In this document: piece by piece, positions 19,001-28,983 of the stretch
Layout of the letters: each line of letters begins with the position of its first letter
Numbering within the stretch: the stretch's first letter is position 1
DNA from: a virus
Direction: 5' to 3' (one strand)
IMG/VR virus record: IMGVR_UViG_3300044981_000204
Coordinates: 32,001 to 96,000 of that record
DNA length: 64,000 nucleotides
Program-made: the position numbers and the translations under genes
Notes under the pieces: generated by a model
What the model was told of the DNA's origin: nothing
What the model saw: only the letters and a program-made list of their open reading frames with translations
The model's database searches: none

Positions 19001-19031
19001 CACGAGGAAGATACCGTACTATGCTAATTGA
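16005..19031 (+). CDS. Tail fibre / receptor-binding protein with internal repeats
   Basis: 1008 aa after the tail tip gene; tandem FnIII-like repeats; C-terminus ends RKIPYYAN. Confidence 0.7.
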   Translation: MPTLTPNLVVIGTSGTPLSPASPPAPPGVVSVGPPTITVDNAGQVRLDFNVVYPAILGTMTDLNVRVEMPYSGNKSGDTSVNVPPQTTVDVQGPYPLAVVLGVVQNPVATVIEPAPATPQTWAAWFYTSSKVYSNLYTDPSAVLVTFEVDPTTGLTAGAEWAPNPLNLQLTVDRQVRVGAEQWWRPNLAWVDPNTDPLFSNVAKWNIGLLDPLIGALDVEDDIITLGSVTPDNTSYQSGWIKVGDGPVDFVLMVRPVTADGFQNSYVPGTTAAIKVTIGPTAPLQDVSGFSVSASYGSFDATGKTALIVVPNFVPPADDPTWANIDFWWQDPSGAWKVLNSPAVGGVASEAVISQLPTAAFSTNFLAVSKDANGLDRDGNASTDPTMPPAGTPAFGPLNIEPPNVAVPLSDVTNFSVSFTYSAPDNDGKFNLLEVPSFTPPVSTQWGWIEFWGTDAGQSWRVLGDPSSPGAAGEAVIPQLPSAAFNAVFLAVSQDVNGKDKNGNAATPTGHCNTSGNMVAWVDGITFTAAMNGKTFWIGNTAYMVAASGFIDQHNLTLTSSPGNQSGASWVCPAQGTPSFGPLTITPPGLGSLGQEFAGVVTGQGISIGPNQPRADGSYNQPITPTFIPPANDTRWFSVDIVIKYADGSVWTLARAVRNSGETFTWNVVAGSQTARFYFVSRNVAGDKNSIQDPGVTPFVDKVVGSTSQLDFSQAKLSSFNQNQLRINPSTGQFEAYTIDSAIIGFLQIGGGNANGLCSTTTANNIVTSTSGSFGSYMPHTLLWIRGVNYVVTAFIDAAHVIIDRNAGNSTNVPWSWGMNPQLKVFDRGGLQIGFWGDDSFNTGFVGLFAGRNVRLGGTISSPILQVDSAGAVTINGATFTLVLNGVMTQINNQAGFGPGGGYVGGLVVTHQATGLAIGITGNSMIFVGSSFVSGGTSGFFRTGSGWSLLMDQVSCLTLVGSTLKFLQNIPAPTTATGGSGVLPTNPVGFLLFTDTSGNTRKIPYYAN

Positions 19032-19034
19032 CCG

Positions 19035-19193
19035 TCACTTGCAGGTGTGCGTCCAAAAGCATGGTGGTACTGCCAAGGGTGGACACGTTGGGCAGTATTG
19101 GTTTCCCCAAGGAGGAGGATTTCCCGGCTCGCATCCCGTGAGGGATAGCATGAAAACTATCACTATTGCAAGAAAGAGGGTTTTGAGTCTCAT
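19035..19193 (-). CDS. Small Cys/Pro-rich lipoprotein
   Basis: MRLKTLFLAIVIVFMLSLTGC gives a basic n-region, an h-region and an LTGC lipobox; fills the intergenic gap; TACAAT lies 7 nt upstream of the ATG. Confidence 0.7.
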   Translation of the reverse strand: MRLKTLFLAIVIVFMLSLTGCEPGNPPPWGNQYCPTCPPLAVPPCFWTHTCK

Positions 19194-19297
19194 GCAACCC
19201 ATTGTACATCGGACCCTATGTCGGGTGAGGTATTTGTGCCATCCACGGACCTTTTTGGTTTCCGCCCTGAGTTCTAGTGTTACAATCAAGGTTTAGC

Positions 19298-19588
19298 ATG
19301 CGTACTTTAATAGCACCACATGTCGCTGATCGAATCCGCCACTTGCAGAGTCAAATAGCTACCTTGACCAACGCCAGTGCCCAGGTAGCCATGTACGTGG
19401 CCTGGAGTGAGGAGTTAGCGGTTCGTAAGCGGGAGGTGGTCCTTGCTGCTGGGCGTAGGCCAGACGAGTTCTTGGGAGTCGACTTCATCGAGTCGCCTGA
19501 GGGGATGGTGGGTGAAGCGCAGGAGAGGCCAACTCTAGCTAGTGTTGAAGCGTCCGATGAGCGGGACCGCCCCGGGGAGGACAACTAA
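19298..19588 (+). CDS. Hypothetical protein
   Basis: ATG at 19298 downstream of TACAAT (19281-19286); short helical protein. Confidence 0.55.
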   Translation: MRTLIAPHVADRIRHLQSQIATLTNASAQVAMYVAWSEELAVRKREVVLAAGRRPDEFLGVDFIESPEGMVGEAQERPTLASVEASDERDRPGEDN

Positions 19589-19592
19589 TCCT

Positions 19593-19961
19593 ATGCATGC
19601 TGTGGTTGAGTGGGGGGTGGTCGATCGCCCACAGAGGTACCCTGAGTTCATCTGCGGCAATATCTTCGTCCGCCCCAATTGTCTCACAAACGTGGGGGAT
19701 AGGCTGCCCGGTCATACCCACAACTTCGACCACGTGATGTTGGTCCTGAAGGGTTCCTTCCTAATCACTGTGAAGTACCCGGACGGCACCGCTAGGGGTA
19801 GGACGTTCAAGGCCCCGAGCTGGGCACTCATACGGGCCGAGATGGAGCACGAGGTCGAGGCGCTCGAGAAGGACTCAATCTTCTGGTGTGTGTACAGCCA
19901 CCGTGACCCGCAGGGTCGGGTCACGCAGGAAGTGACTGGTTGGGAGGAGGCCTACTCCTGA
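19593..19961 (+). CDS. Cupin-fold protein
   Basis: GHTHNFDH ... EHEVEALE cupin metal-binding motifs. Confidence 0.75.
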   Translation: MHAVVEWGVVDRPQRYPEFICGNIFVRPNCLTNVGDRLPGHTHNFDHVMLVLKGSFLITVKYPDGTARGRTFKAPSWALIRAEMEHEVEALEKDSIFWCVYSHRDPQGRVTQEVTGWEEAYS

Positions 19962-20629
19962 TGTCCTGGGCGTTCGTGCAAGGGAAGGAAGGGGCCGTGT
20001 CCCAGGCCTCCAACTTCACCATAGTTCTACCCGGGAACACGGTTGCGGGCGACACCATCATCGTCATGTTCAACCAGGACGTGGGCGGAACCCCGTCGGT
20101 GACGGACTCGCAGGGCAACACCTATACGTCCTGCGGAACTCAGCCATCCATATCTCTGCCAACTACTGAGGTATTCTTCATCTTTACTGCTCCCGTATCC
20201 TCTAGCGCCGCGTGCACCATCAACATCAACGTTGGGGGAGCTACCGTGAGGACCTCGTGGGCCCTCGAGTACTCTGGGCTGGTGTCAAATCCTTACGACG
20301 TCCAGAGTGCGACAGCAAATAGCGCCAACGACTGCGTGACGGGGGCCATGACCACGGCAGCAACAAATGAGCTGGTAATCTCCTATTTTGCTGCTGCAAC
20401 GTCTCCTACGTTCACGTTCGGCAGCGGCACGACGAGGCTAACCAACACCAATAATCAGATATGTCAAGATCAGAACCAAGCGAGCGCTGGATCCGTGAAT
20501 CCTCAAGCTACGGCCTCATCAGTCAGCGGTACGTATAGGGTCGGCGCATATGGTGCAACGTTCAAGCAGACAGCTGCGGCAGGGGGAGTTCGCCGCTCTG
20601 GGTTTGACGGGGGATTCCGAGGGATTTGA
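19961..20629 (+). CDS. Putative virion structural protein (Ser/Thr/Ala-rich beta protein)
   Basis: Stop/start overlap with the previous gene; VTDSQGNTY and ALEYSG motifs. Confidence 0.6.
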   Translation: MSWAFVQGKEGAVSQASNFTIVLPGNTVAGDTIIVMFNQDVGGTPSVTDSQGNTYTSCGTQPSISLPTTEVFFIFTAPVSSSAACTININVGGATVRTSWALEYSGLVSNPYDVQSATANSANDCVTGAMTTAATNELVISYFAAATSPTFTFGSGTTRLTNTNNQICQDQNQASAGSVNPQATASSVSGTYRVGAYGATFKQTAAAGGVRRSGFDGGFRGI

Positions 20630-20644
20630 CGAGGTGAAGACCTG

Positions 20645-21952
20645 ATGAAGATAATACTCAAGCAAGGGCAGACAAGTCAGCGAATAGTGGTGTTCATCCA
20701 GGATTCTTCGGTAACCACCGGTGCTGGGCTGACGGGACTTACATTCAGCAGCTCTGGGTTGGTCTGGTACTACTGGAGGGAGGACTCCGGAAACGCGGGA
20801 GGCACCTCCGTGACCCTTGCTACCGCCACTCGGGGCACGTGGTCCACCGGAGGATTCATTGAGATCGACTCCGCCAACCTTCCCGGGTTCTACGAGCTAG
20901 GCGTTCCTAACGCTGTTCTCTCGGCATCCAACACACCCAAGTGGGCGGTCATGATGCTGAAGGGCGCCGCGAACATGGTGCAGACCGCGGTCGAGGTTCA
21001 ACTCGTTCCTTGGGATCCTACGGACGCGGTTAGGTTGGGGCTCTCGGCTCTTCCCAACTCAGCAGCAGCCTCGGCCGGGGGATTGCCAACGGTGGGCACC
21101 GGGGCCTCCCAACTGGATGTAGACGCGAGCGGTCGAGTCAACATTGGCAAGATCTTGGGAGGGGTGGTGCCGGCACCCAACGTCACCGGCATTCCCAAGG
21201 TGGACGTAAGCGATTGGCTGGGAGTCGCGCCAAACGTCCTTATCAGCGGACGAGTGGACGCGAGCACCGGAGCCGTAGGAGATAAGACCGGCTACTCCCT
21301 GTCTGCGCTAGAGTCGCCAATAGTTGAGTCAGGAACCGCCCAGGCAGGAGCTTCGTCGACCATCACGCTGCGCTCTGGGGCGTCGGCCACAGACAATCTG
21401 TTTCGTAGTCTGGAGATAAAGATCTATGGCGGTACCGGCGCTGGTCAGGCGAGGACCATCACCGGCTATGTCGGCAGCACTAAGGTGGCAACGGTCGACA
21501 ACCCTTGGATAACCAATCCGGATGTGACGTCCACGTATGCAATCAGCGCACATCCGCTTGCAAAGCTCGATGGATCTCAGCAGGTCACGGCTGCGGCAGT
21601 AGCTAGCGTCTCGGGCTCGGTGGGCAGCGTAGCGGGTGCTGTCGGAAGCGTCACGGCTCCCGTGACCGTGGCATCTCAGCAGATACAAATCAAAAAGAAC
21701 GTCGCCCTTACCCTACCATTCTTCATGTTCGACTCGACGCTGCACCAATTGGTCACTGGAAAAACGGTCACCGTCAAGTACTCCATCGACGGCGGTGCGC
21801 AGTCATCGACAAGCAACGGAGTTGCCGAGGTTGGCGGCGGTGAGTACCGCATCGCGCTGTTGGCCGCAGAAATGAACGGCACGATCATAGCCTTGACCAT
21901 GACCGCGAGCGGATGCGACGACCAGGCGGTGACCATCTTCACTCAAGCGTGA
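20645..21952 (+). CDS. Putative virion structural protein
   Basis: GAGGTG RBS; contains a GTAQAG..TITL..GTGAGQAR.IT.Y module common in phage tail proteins. Confidence 0.65.
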   Translation: MKIILKQGQTSQRIVVFIQDSSVTTGAGLTGLTFSSSGLVWYYWREDSGNAGGTSVTLATATRGTWSTGGFIEIDSANLPGFYELGVPNAVLSASNTPKWAVMMLKGAANMVQTAVEVQLVPWDPTDAVRLGLSALPNSAAASAGGLPTVGTGASQLDVDASGRVNIGKILGGVVPAPNVTGIPKVDVSDWLGVAPNVLISGRVDASTGAVGDKTGYSLSALESPIVESGTAQAGASSTITLRSGASATDNLFRSLEIKIYGGTGAGQARTITGYVGSTKVATVDNPWITNPDVTSTYAISAHPLAKLDGSQQVTAAAVASVSGSVGSVAGAVGSVTAPVTVASQQIQIKKNVALTLPFFMFDSTLHQLVTGKTVTVKYSIDGGAQSSTSNGVAEVGGGEYRIALLAAEMNGTIIALTMTASGCDDQAVTIFTQA

Positions 21953-21955
21953 GCT

Positions 21956-22885
21956 ATGCCGATAACATTACTATCTCCAGCAGTTTCGTGGCGTCGCCGA
22001 CCTGGCGTGGCGACCCCCATCACTTTTCCGCCTCCAGCATTCGCGTTTCTTCCGGCAGGGTCTGCTCCGGGGAGCCACACCGTTGACCAACCCACGTGGG
22101 ACGGACTTAGGCAGGCGACCAACACGGACTGGACGGACCGCAACGGGGCTAGTAAGAAGTACACCAACATCCAGGACATCTACTTCAACCGTTGGCTCGT
22201 GTCTAGGTCTGGCGCGGTTGGCATAGCGAACGCGCAAGCTTACAACTTCGTCGCGGCCCAGGGGGTGACGGTCCCCGACCACGGTCACTATGGGGTGTCC
22301 GTTGCCGGAGGGTCCATGACAGCCGGAATATCCGCCACCTTGACCTTGACCCCGGTGCCGTGGGGCGTCAACGGCGCCGACGTGGGGCATTCTATCACCA
22401 TCAATGATGGAGGAGCCACCGAAGTCGTCACGATAACGGGGGGAACTGCGGTCGCTGGCTCAAGCTCCGGCACCATAACTATCTTGCCTGCCCACAACCA
22501 CGTCGGAAGCACTTGGACCGTGGGGAGCGCGACGGCCGGGCTGTATGAGGCAAAGAACGACCTTCCTACGGACCTCACCAAGCTAAATGGCGCCCTCCTA
22601 CTAAGCAACGGGGTGCCGCAGTACTTCCAAGGTGGCGCTTGGCAGACGTTTAGCGGAGGTGGTGGCGGTAGACCGACCCAGCAAGACCTTAGCACTCCAT
22701 ACAACGCGGGAACCCTAACGTTGGCCATTAGTGGGGCGGCAACAATCCTGAACGTTTATAGGAACGGGCTTAAGCTGTTCGTAGGGGTTCATTACACGTT
22801 CGTGGGGGGAGCTAGCACCTTCACGATGATCCTTGGTCCGAGTTCTTCCCTAGATGACCAACTATTCGTGGAGTGGTGGGCATGA
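21956..22885 (+). CDS. Putative virion/fibre-associated protein
   Basis: 309 aa, Gly/Thr-rich, C-terminal VYRNGL...HYT module. Confidence 0.6.
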   Translation: MPITLLSPAVSWRRRPGVATPITFPPPAFAFLPAGSAPGSHTVDQPTWDGLRQATNTDWTDRNGASKKYTNIQDIYFNRWLVSRSGAVGIANAQAYNFVAAQGVTVPDHGHYGVSVAGGSMTAGISATLTLTPVPWGVNGADVGHSITINDGGATEVVTITGGTAVAGSSSGTITILPAHNHVGSTWTVGSATAGLYEAKNDLPTDLTKLNGALLLSNGVPQYFQGGAWQTFSGGGGGRPTQQDLSTPYNAGTLTLAISGAATILNVYRNGLKLFVGVHYTFVGGASTFTMILGPSSSLDDQLFVEWWA

Positions 22886-24816
22886 TGCGGCATATTGGGC
22901 TATTAACTTTCCTGGTTCCTTGTTCATTGCTTTCGCAGCCAATAGATTGGGTTACCGACATAAAAAACAAGCCCCTGTCTCCCTTGTCCGTTTCTTCGAC
23001 CTATTCGGCCACGGTCGCGAACTTCCAACAGTGCCGCACCATCGTGGTCCCGAGCGGCACATTTCCCATCACCTTGGTTCCTGCGGGATCTCAGCCTGCC
23101 AGGGCACAGTGCCTCGACGTCATCAACTTTGGGTCTGGCATAGTGACCGTGCAGAGGAACGGGCAGAGCATCAACGGGGGAGTGGCCCCAGTCCCTATTC
23201 CTGCCGGTTCGGCCGCTTCGCCGGCCTATGCCCACATAGTGTCAGATGGAGCAAACTACTTCATGGGCGTGTCTAGCACCGCGCTACCTGTCCCATTAAC
23301 TTTAAGCCGCAACGCGGGGTCTCCCAGCATTCCCGCTGGGGTAACCGCCAACGGCAACCTCTTCCTGCTAGGAGCAGATAACTCTTCTCCCGGGAGTGGC
23401 GTGTTTTCCTACGGAACAGGATTCGGGAGTACGCAGTTCTTTAGGGCGCGAGGAACGGGAGTTTCTCCATCGGCTGTGCAGGTGTTGGACGTGCTGGGCG
23501 GCGTGAGCGCCTCAGCATACGGCGCCACGGGGTTCAACGCAACGCCGGCAGGTTGCTACTTCGTACTAGTGGAAAATCCTCAGGCCACTGACACCGCGTC
23601 TGGAACGAGGTTCGATTGCTGGGTCATCAAGGACGGAACTACGACCCCACTGAATAGTCTCACGCTGGAGCACGACGGCAGCATCAAGATGGTGTCCATG
23701 TCGTCGCCCGGTACGCCTCCCGCTGGCTTCGCTAGGCAGTACGTGGACGCCACTAGTAAGAACGCGGCCGTCAAGAACGATGCTGGTACGATCAACCACA
23801 TGGTCCAGACTCAGTCGTGCCCGGGGGGCCAGGCTGCGGTCGGGATAAACGACGATGGGACCGTTTCATGCGCTGCGTTCTCGGGAGGTGGAGGCGCGGC
23901 GAGCGCCCTAACCGACTTTTCCATAGCTCGCACGTCATCCTCACTGGTCACTCTCACAACACCAACAGGTGGCAGCAACGTGTCGTTTGGGCCGGTCGTA
24001 AGGACCTTTGCCTCTGGTACTGCTACGATCTCGCTGGGTGCGGGATCCTGCGCTGCATCCGGCCTGATGTGGCTCGGGGCGAAATCGGACGGATCGCTCC
24101 AACTGGATGCCAACAGCAGCGTCACGTTCTCCAACGTCACTGTCTCAGGCATCACGAAGGTGTCTAACTCCGCGACCACAAACCCCCCCGACCTAAAAGC
24201 GCTGTACAAGATCGCGTGCGGCAACAACGCCGTGCCAACCGCGGCCGACCACTTCGACGTTGCCCCATTCACTGATTTTAGGGCCTTCCTCAGCATGCGC
24301 AACATTGGCGGGGGAACCTACGTGATCGCGACCGAGGACGCCTTGGGTAAGGTGACCGTGGACCTAGACCCCACCAAGGCCACCAACCTCATCACCCAAA
24401 CTTGCGTCATCCGCTTTGGTAAGGACAACGGGTCGGCGCTCGTGACGGGGGACATCCAACCCCAGAAGTCCGACTGTCAAGCCGCTGTTCCGTCCACGGT
24501 GAACGTCATCATAGTTAAGGCGAATGCGGGAGCTTCAACGGTCCAACTGGGATATAGGCACTCGACGGGCGGCTCCCCTTCTACTACTAGCTATACTTCT
24601 GCTGTGATGACGCCGACCACGGTCACCAACGTAACAGACAAGGTTGTGTGCGCAAATGCGGGCGGCACCTCGATCACGATCGACGGAGTGTCGGTCACGT
24701 GCGGCACCCTCGCTACGCAGGTTTGGAACGCTGGGGACTCCATAGAGACGGTCGGTGGTGCGGCGGACGCCACTACCGCAAGGCTCGTCATCTTTGTCCA
24801 GTATTCGGTGAACTAG
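22882..24816 (+). CDS. Fibre-like protein with predicted signal peptide
   Basis: N-terminus MMRHIGLLTFLVPCSLLSQ; internal RARGT..PSAVQ..D.LG fibre-like motif. Confidence 0.65.
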   Translation: MMRHIGLLTFLVPCSLLSQPIDWVTDIKNKPLSPLSVSSTYSATVANFQQCRTIVVPSGTFPITLVPAGSQPARAQCLDVINFGSGIVTVQRNGQSINGGVAPVPIPAGSAASPAYAHIVSDGANYFMGVSSTALPVPLTLSRNAGSPSIPAGVTANGNLFLLGADNSSPGSGVFSYGTGFGSTQFFRARGTGVSPSAVQVLDVLGGVSASAYGATGFNATPAGCYFVLVENPQATDTASGTRFDCWVIKDGTTTPLNSLTLEHDGSIKMVSMSSPGTPPAGFARQYVDATSKNAAVKNDAGTINHMVQTQSCPGGQAAVGINDDGTVSCAAFSGGGGAASALTDFSIARTSSSLVTLTTPTGGSNVSFGPVVRTFASGTATISLGAGSCAASGLMWLGAKSDGSLQLDANSSVTFSNVTVSGITKVSNSATTNPPDLKALYKIACGNNAVPTAADHFDVAPFTDFRAFLSMRNIGGGTYVIATEDALGKVTVDLDPTKATNLITQTCVIRFGKDNGSALVTGDIQPQKSDCQAAVPSTVNVIIVKANAGASTVQLGYRHSTGGSPSTTSYTSAVMTPTTVTNVTDKVVCANAGGTSITIDGVSVTCGTLATQVWNAGDSIETVGGAADATTARLVIFVQYSVN

Positions 24817-27800
24817 GTGCACAAACTAATCCTTCTTATTGCTGTGACTGGGCCCCTTTGGGCGACTAGTCCTCGAAACGTACGCGGCAGTGCCACAGCT
24901 CAGCAGTATGTTCTGGACTTCGACGTGGCTGTACCAACAGATGTGCTCACTTGCACTGTGGCGGTCTACGTAGATTCTGCAAGATCTACCATGATTGTTG
25001 ATTCCAACGCGGCCGTAGAGACCAACGCGCAGAAGTGCAACAGGGGGCTTTTGAGGTCCGATCTTTCGTCAATAGTCAGCGGCACGCACGTGCAGTTCAT
25101 AGTCGGTCGACGGGCGACGATGAAGAGCCAAGCAACAAACCTCCTAGCCTCGCTGTCGCTCTCACCCTCAACCCATTACTATGGCACGATTACGTCCGGA
25201 GGTGGTTCGGTGAACTTCGAGTTCGTCACGCTCAACATAGCGACGGGGCACAACTTCCCAGAGCAACCGCTATATGACTCGACGAACACCAACGTCCACG
25301 GTCTCCAATACCCTAACATGGTGGGTGGAGGACTTGTCACTGACCCTGTGACGGGACTGCAGGTTGCAATGGTTCCTAGCGCTCGCAACGACATGGCCAA
25401 CTCGGGGCCCGTCGCCCTGGGTACCACGGCGATAGACGTCACGGGGGGCAAGTGGACCAACGTACAGAACTGCGGCACAAACAACTCCTCAACCTGCTCA
25501 TCCACCGGGGCTGGTGCCACGGACTACTTGTTCGTGCCGCTTCCGAACATAGCCAATTATTCGGGGTGGAACCCTCAATATGTGGTGCAGGACATAGTCT
25601 TCTACATCTACTGCTCATCGCCCACAACTCAGCAGACTCTTAGGGTTTGGCTCACTCGCGACAGCAGTCAAACGGCAGATAGTGGCAATTTTTTCTCCGC
25701 CACGTGCCCCGTAGGATCTACGTCAACGACGACGATGTCCGACACAACCAACGGTTACCCACACCCGTGGTTCAGTCAGTGGGCTCCGTCGACTAAGTGG
25801 ATAAAGCCAGAGGTCGTTCCCGGGGCGGGGTCAGTCACTACGTCCAGCACCGCAGTAACGCGCGTGTCGGGAGATCCATTCATCACGTCGGTGCCGTCCG
25901 GCTCCAAGATCCTGATAAATGGCTCTTACTACACCATCTCTAGTTTTACCGATAGCTCTCACCTAACCCTGACAGGGTCAGCTGGCACGCAGTCGTCGCC
26001 TGTGGCATACCGCATGGCGGCCTCGGGGCTTCGCATCGCCAACGTGACTGGGACAGACAACGTCACCCTTAGCATCGGCTACAACGCCGCTACCACCACT
26101 CAGCCTGGCTACAGCACGTACAACGCGGACAAGCCAACCTGCAACCTTAATAGCACTTCGATCACCCACGACGCGTCAGGAGCCCCGATACCTGCTACCC
26201 CCGGGTACCTATGCTCGGACCTCGAAGGTTCCGTGTACCTGTACGTGCCGCAGAACGCAGACGGAACGGCGCGCCTCGAGATGCGGCCCCTCTCGCGCCT
26301 GACGTTCACGCCCGGGAGCCACGTCGATATGAATGGCGACGGAGCAAACCCGTTTGGGAACGGCACCAACGTGCTGTTTGGCGGGTGGGATTCGACCGAC
26401 CCCCTAACGCTGTACGGTTGGGTAGCTTACTACGGAGGTCGGCCAATAGTGAGGGCCCACTACGACACTACGATCAGTTCGGACTGCGCGAACTTCAAGG
26501 CTTATTCCAGTGGTCCTGCCAACGGATTCTCCGTCGGGTTGATCAACCCAGACTGCTTCTTGTACACGGTCATTACGCCAGCTCTTTCCATCCCTAGCAA
26601 GGCCGGCCGCTCCCAGGTGATAGCCGCCTATCCCACCGGCATCAACCAGTTGGGCCAGCAGGTTGGTGCCGCCCACCCGATCATGGGGGACGTTGGTTGG
26701 TTCCTCTACTTCGGCGACGGGTCGGGACTTGGCGTGGTTGGTTCCGCGGGGTGCATGCCGATGTTTTCGGAGACCGAGGGATTCAGCCTCAACGCGTGCT
26801 TCGACCTCAACACAGGGGTGCTCAAATCCTTGGTAGATAGCTTCAGCACGTGGCCGGCGATCGGCGGGGGTTCGCACGGGTGGAACGCACTAGCGGTCGG
26901 GGGGCTCACTTGGACCGAGGGAGGAGACCCTCCGGTGTTCGACGGATACAACCCCCTCATCCCGTTCAATCGACCCTTTCAAGCTGCCGTCTCACAGGTG
27001 AACCTAGCCGGCTTCGGCAGCCCCCCGAGCTGGACGTCCACCACCACGCTCCCATCCACCACTCAGCTAACATGCCCCCCGTTCACCGACCCAAAGGTCG
27101 CCACCTACTTTGGTGCGTACTCCGGCACCAACAACTGCGTACAGGTCCGCCTCAGCAGTCCCCTGTGCTCCCACGTTCCAGCGCCTAATGCTTCAGGTGG
27201 GGGGTATGACTTCGCGGGCGGAAAGTCAGAATCGCAAGCTTACCCGTGCAGCACTCCCGGGTTCGGGGTGTCCTCCTCGTCCCCTGACGCTACTGGGTGG
27301 TCCAAGTTGTGGGACATCTTCCCAGGCATGTGGCTTTGGGACATGGTTGGGACTCCCACCACCGGCGATAAGTATGGTGAAAACTTCGTCGTGGCAGCGG
27401 CGCCAACGTATAACGCAGCTAACAGCATCGACGTGTGGCTTCTGCGGTCGGTGAAGGCGAAGTACATGGTGCCTCGCAACGGGCCCACTCAGACTGATCC
27501 AGTCTGCGACGACTCGGGCGCGTCCTACGCCAACCACGCCAACGGTTGGACCCTGTCAGTCTTTCCGCCGTTCGCCTGCGGCTTCGTGGGTTACTGGTAC
27601 GACGTAAACGATCCAACAGCTCAGATGTTCTGGGGAAATACCCAAACTGGGCACGGGGTCATAGGCAATGGGTCCGTAGCCAACACGTTCACGGCCATAA
27701 GCTATGGCAATAACGGGTACTACTACGAGGTCCCGAACCAACCAGCGGGGGCGGACCCGAACGGGTTCATCAACGCCATCCCTGGCACGTTCATACCTAC

Positions 27801-28902
27801 GGTGGTGAAGTTTTCTAACTACTCGGGAACGTTCAATGGGTCGAGCATAGGCGGCACACAGTCCTATGGCAACATGACCTCGGCCACCACAGTGGCGGGG
27901 CCAAACGACAGGAAGTTCATCGACAATCGCGCGATCAACCCGACCCTAGGCATACTTGCTGAGGTTACTTCGGCTTCGGGTTGCTTCACCCCCCCGGGAG
28001 CGGCGGCACTACCAGCACCGCTTGCCGGAACGTCTCAGACGTACCTCTTGGCCGACGCCACGTCGACGGTGGCCCCCACCGACCCGCACAAGAGCACATT
28101 GACGGGTTGGGCTGGGTCGCACTACCTCAAGGACTACTCCAGCCCGGCGACGGGAAACGTTTTTGGCGACGCTCAGTCGTTCGGTTACTGCTTAGCTTGG
28201 CAGGCGGGGGAGTGTAGGTCCGGTTCGTCTGCTGGCAGCGCATATGTCAGCGTGCCCCTAGCCGAGAGTCCGAACTCGTGCATGCAGTCGGACCAAAACT
28301 CGATGGCGGTGCCGGGGTTGTTCAACCTTGCGTCGATCGCCGGACAAACCCTTCAAGCTGACCCGTATGCGTTCGACCCAAACCAGTTATTTGCTAGGAA
28401 GCTCGGGTTCGGGCTCAGGGCTCCCGGGATGCAGTACTCGTATCAGCACACGTGGGGCATGCCCGATGGCAAGGCCATAATGGGGAGGGTGGACTGGGCC
28501 GATGGCGTGGTGTCGGGACTATATTTGGCCGGAATACCTTCGTGGCCGAACCCGAGCAGTTCTACCTCTGGAGACTACCAAAAATATGAGATCTCCCTAG
28601 GACCTGGTCCGTCGGGATCTAACGCTAGAGCCTTGTTGGGGTACGACGAGGATGGTTCGACGCCCTCTGCTCTGTACTGCGCGTCGAGGAAGGATGCTTG
28701 CTCAACTGAGGCGACAGGATCCAACCCCTTCGCCTTCATTGGTACGTCGGGGGAAAGAACACTCGAGGCGTGCGCCGGAGGGTGCACGCTCACCGTGCCC
28801 ATCATACCGGGTAGGGTGGCATACTATCAGGTCCAGAGACTGGATGCCTCCGGGGTTTTGGTACTTTCCTCGGGCCCCATCACGGCCGTTGCCGCGCCGT
28901 AG
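24817..28902 (+). CDS. Large Cys-rich protein with predicted signal peptide
   Basis: 1361 aa; N-terminus MHKLILLIAVTGPLWA; many closely spaced Cys residues. Confidence 0.75.
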   Translation: MHKLILLIAVTGPLWATSPRNVRGSATAQQYVLDFDVAVPTDVLTCTVAVYVDSARSTMIVDSNAAVETNAQKCNRGLLRSDLSSIVSGTHVQFIVGRRATMKSQATNLLASLSLSPSTHYYGTITSGGGSVNFEFVTLNIATGHNFPEQPLYDSTNTNVHGLQYPNMVGGGLVTDPVTGLQVAMVPSARNDMANSGPVALGTTAIDVTGGKWTNVQNCGTNNSSTCSSTGAGATDYLFVPLPNIANYSGWNPQYVVQDIVFYIYCSSPTTQQTLRVWLTRDSSQTADSGNFFSATCPVGSTSTTTMSDTTNGYPHPWFSQWAPSTKWIKPEVVPGAGSVTTSSTAVTRVSGDPFITSVPSGSKILINGSYYTISSFTDSSHLTLTGSAGTQSSPVAYRMAASGLRIANVTGTDNVTLSIGYNAATTTQPGYSTYNADKPTCNLNSTSITHDASGAPIPATPGYLCSDLEGSVYLYVPQNADGTARLEMRPLSRLTFTPGSHVDMNGDGANPFGNGTNVLFGGWDSTDPLTLYGWVAYYGGRPIVRAHYDTTISSDCANFKAYSSGPANGFSVGLINPDCFLYTVITPALSIPSKAGRSQVIAAYPTGINQLGQQVGAAHPIMGDVGWFLYFGDGSGLGVVGSAGCMPMFSETEGFSLNACFDLNTGVLKSLVDSFSTWPAIGGGSHGWNALAVGGLTWTEGGDPPVFDGYNPLIPFNRPFQAAVSQVNLAGFGSPPSWTSTTTLPSTTQLTCPPFTDPKVATYFGAYSGTNNCVQVRLSSPLCSHVPAPNASGGGYDFAGGKSESQAYPCSTPGFGVSSSSPDATGWSKLWDIFPGMWLWDMVGTPTTGDKYGENFVVAAAPTYNAANSIDVWLLRSVKAKYMVPRNGPTQTDPVCDDSGASYANHANGWTLSVFPPFACGFVGYWYDVNDPTAQMFWGNTQTGHGVIGNGSVANTFTAISYGNNGYYYEVPNQPAGADPNGFINAIPGTFIPTVVKFSNYSGTFNGSSIGGTQSYGNMTSATTVAGPNDRKFIDNRAINPTLGILAEVTSASGCFTPPGAAALPAPLAGTSQTYLLADATSTVAPTDPHKSTLTGWAGSHYLKDYSSPATGNVFGDAQSFGYCLAWQAGECRSGSSAGSAYVSVPLAESPNSCMQSDQNSMAVPGLFNLASIAGQTLQADPYAFDPNQLFARKLGFGLRAPGMQYSYQHTWGMPDGKAIMGRVDWADGVVSGLYLAGIPSWPNPSSSTSGDYQKYEISLGPGPSGSNARALLGYDEDGSTPSALYCASRKDACSTEATGSNPFAFIGTSGERTLEACAGGCTLTVPIIPGRVAYYQVQRLDASGVLVLSSGPITAVAAP

Positions 28903-28959
28903 TTTGCCGTATGTTGCCGCGCGCCCCAATGGCCCGTTCACTTCCCACAAACTTTGCGC

Positions 28960-28965
28960 TATAAT
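28960..28965 (+). promoter_or_regulatory. Putative -10 element (TATAAT)
   Basis: Intergenic TATAAT before GGAGG RBS and GTG at 28984. Confidence 0.5.
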
Positions 28966-28983
28966 GGTGCTGGAGGAACCTAA

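Noticed and set aside
16005-28902. Diversity-generating retroelement acting on fibre genes
   Set aside because: No reverse transcriptase in the window, and I saw no near-identical repeat pair differing only at adenines.
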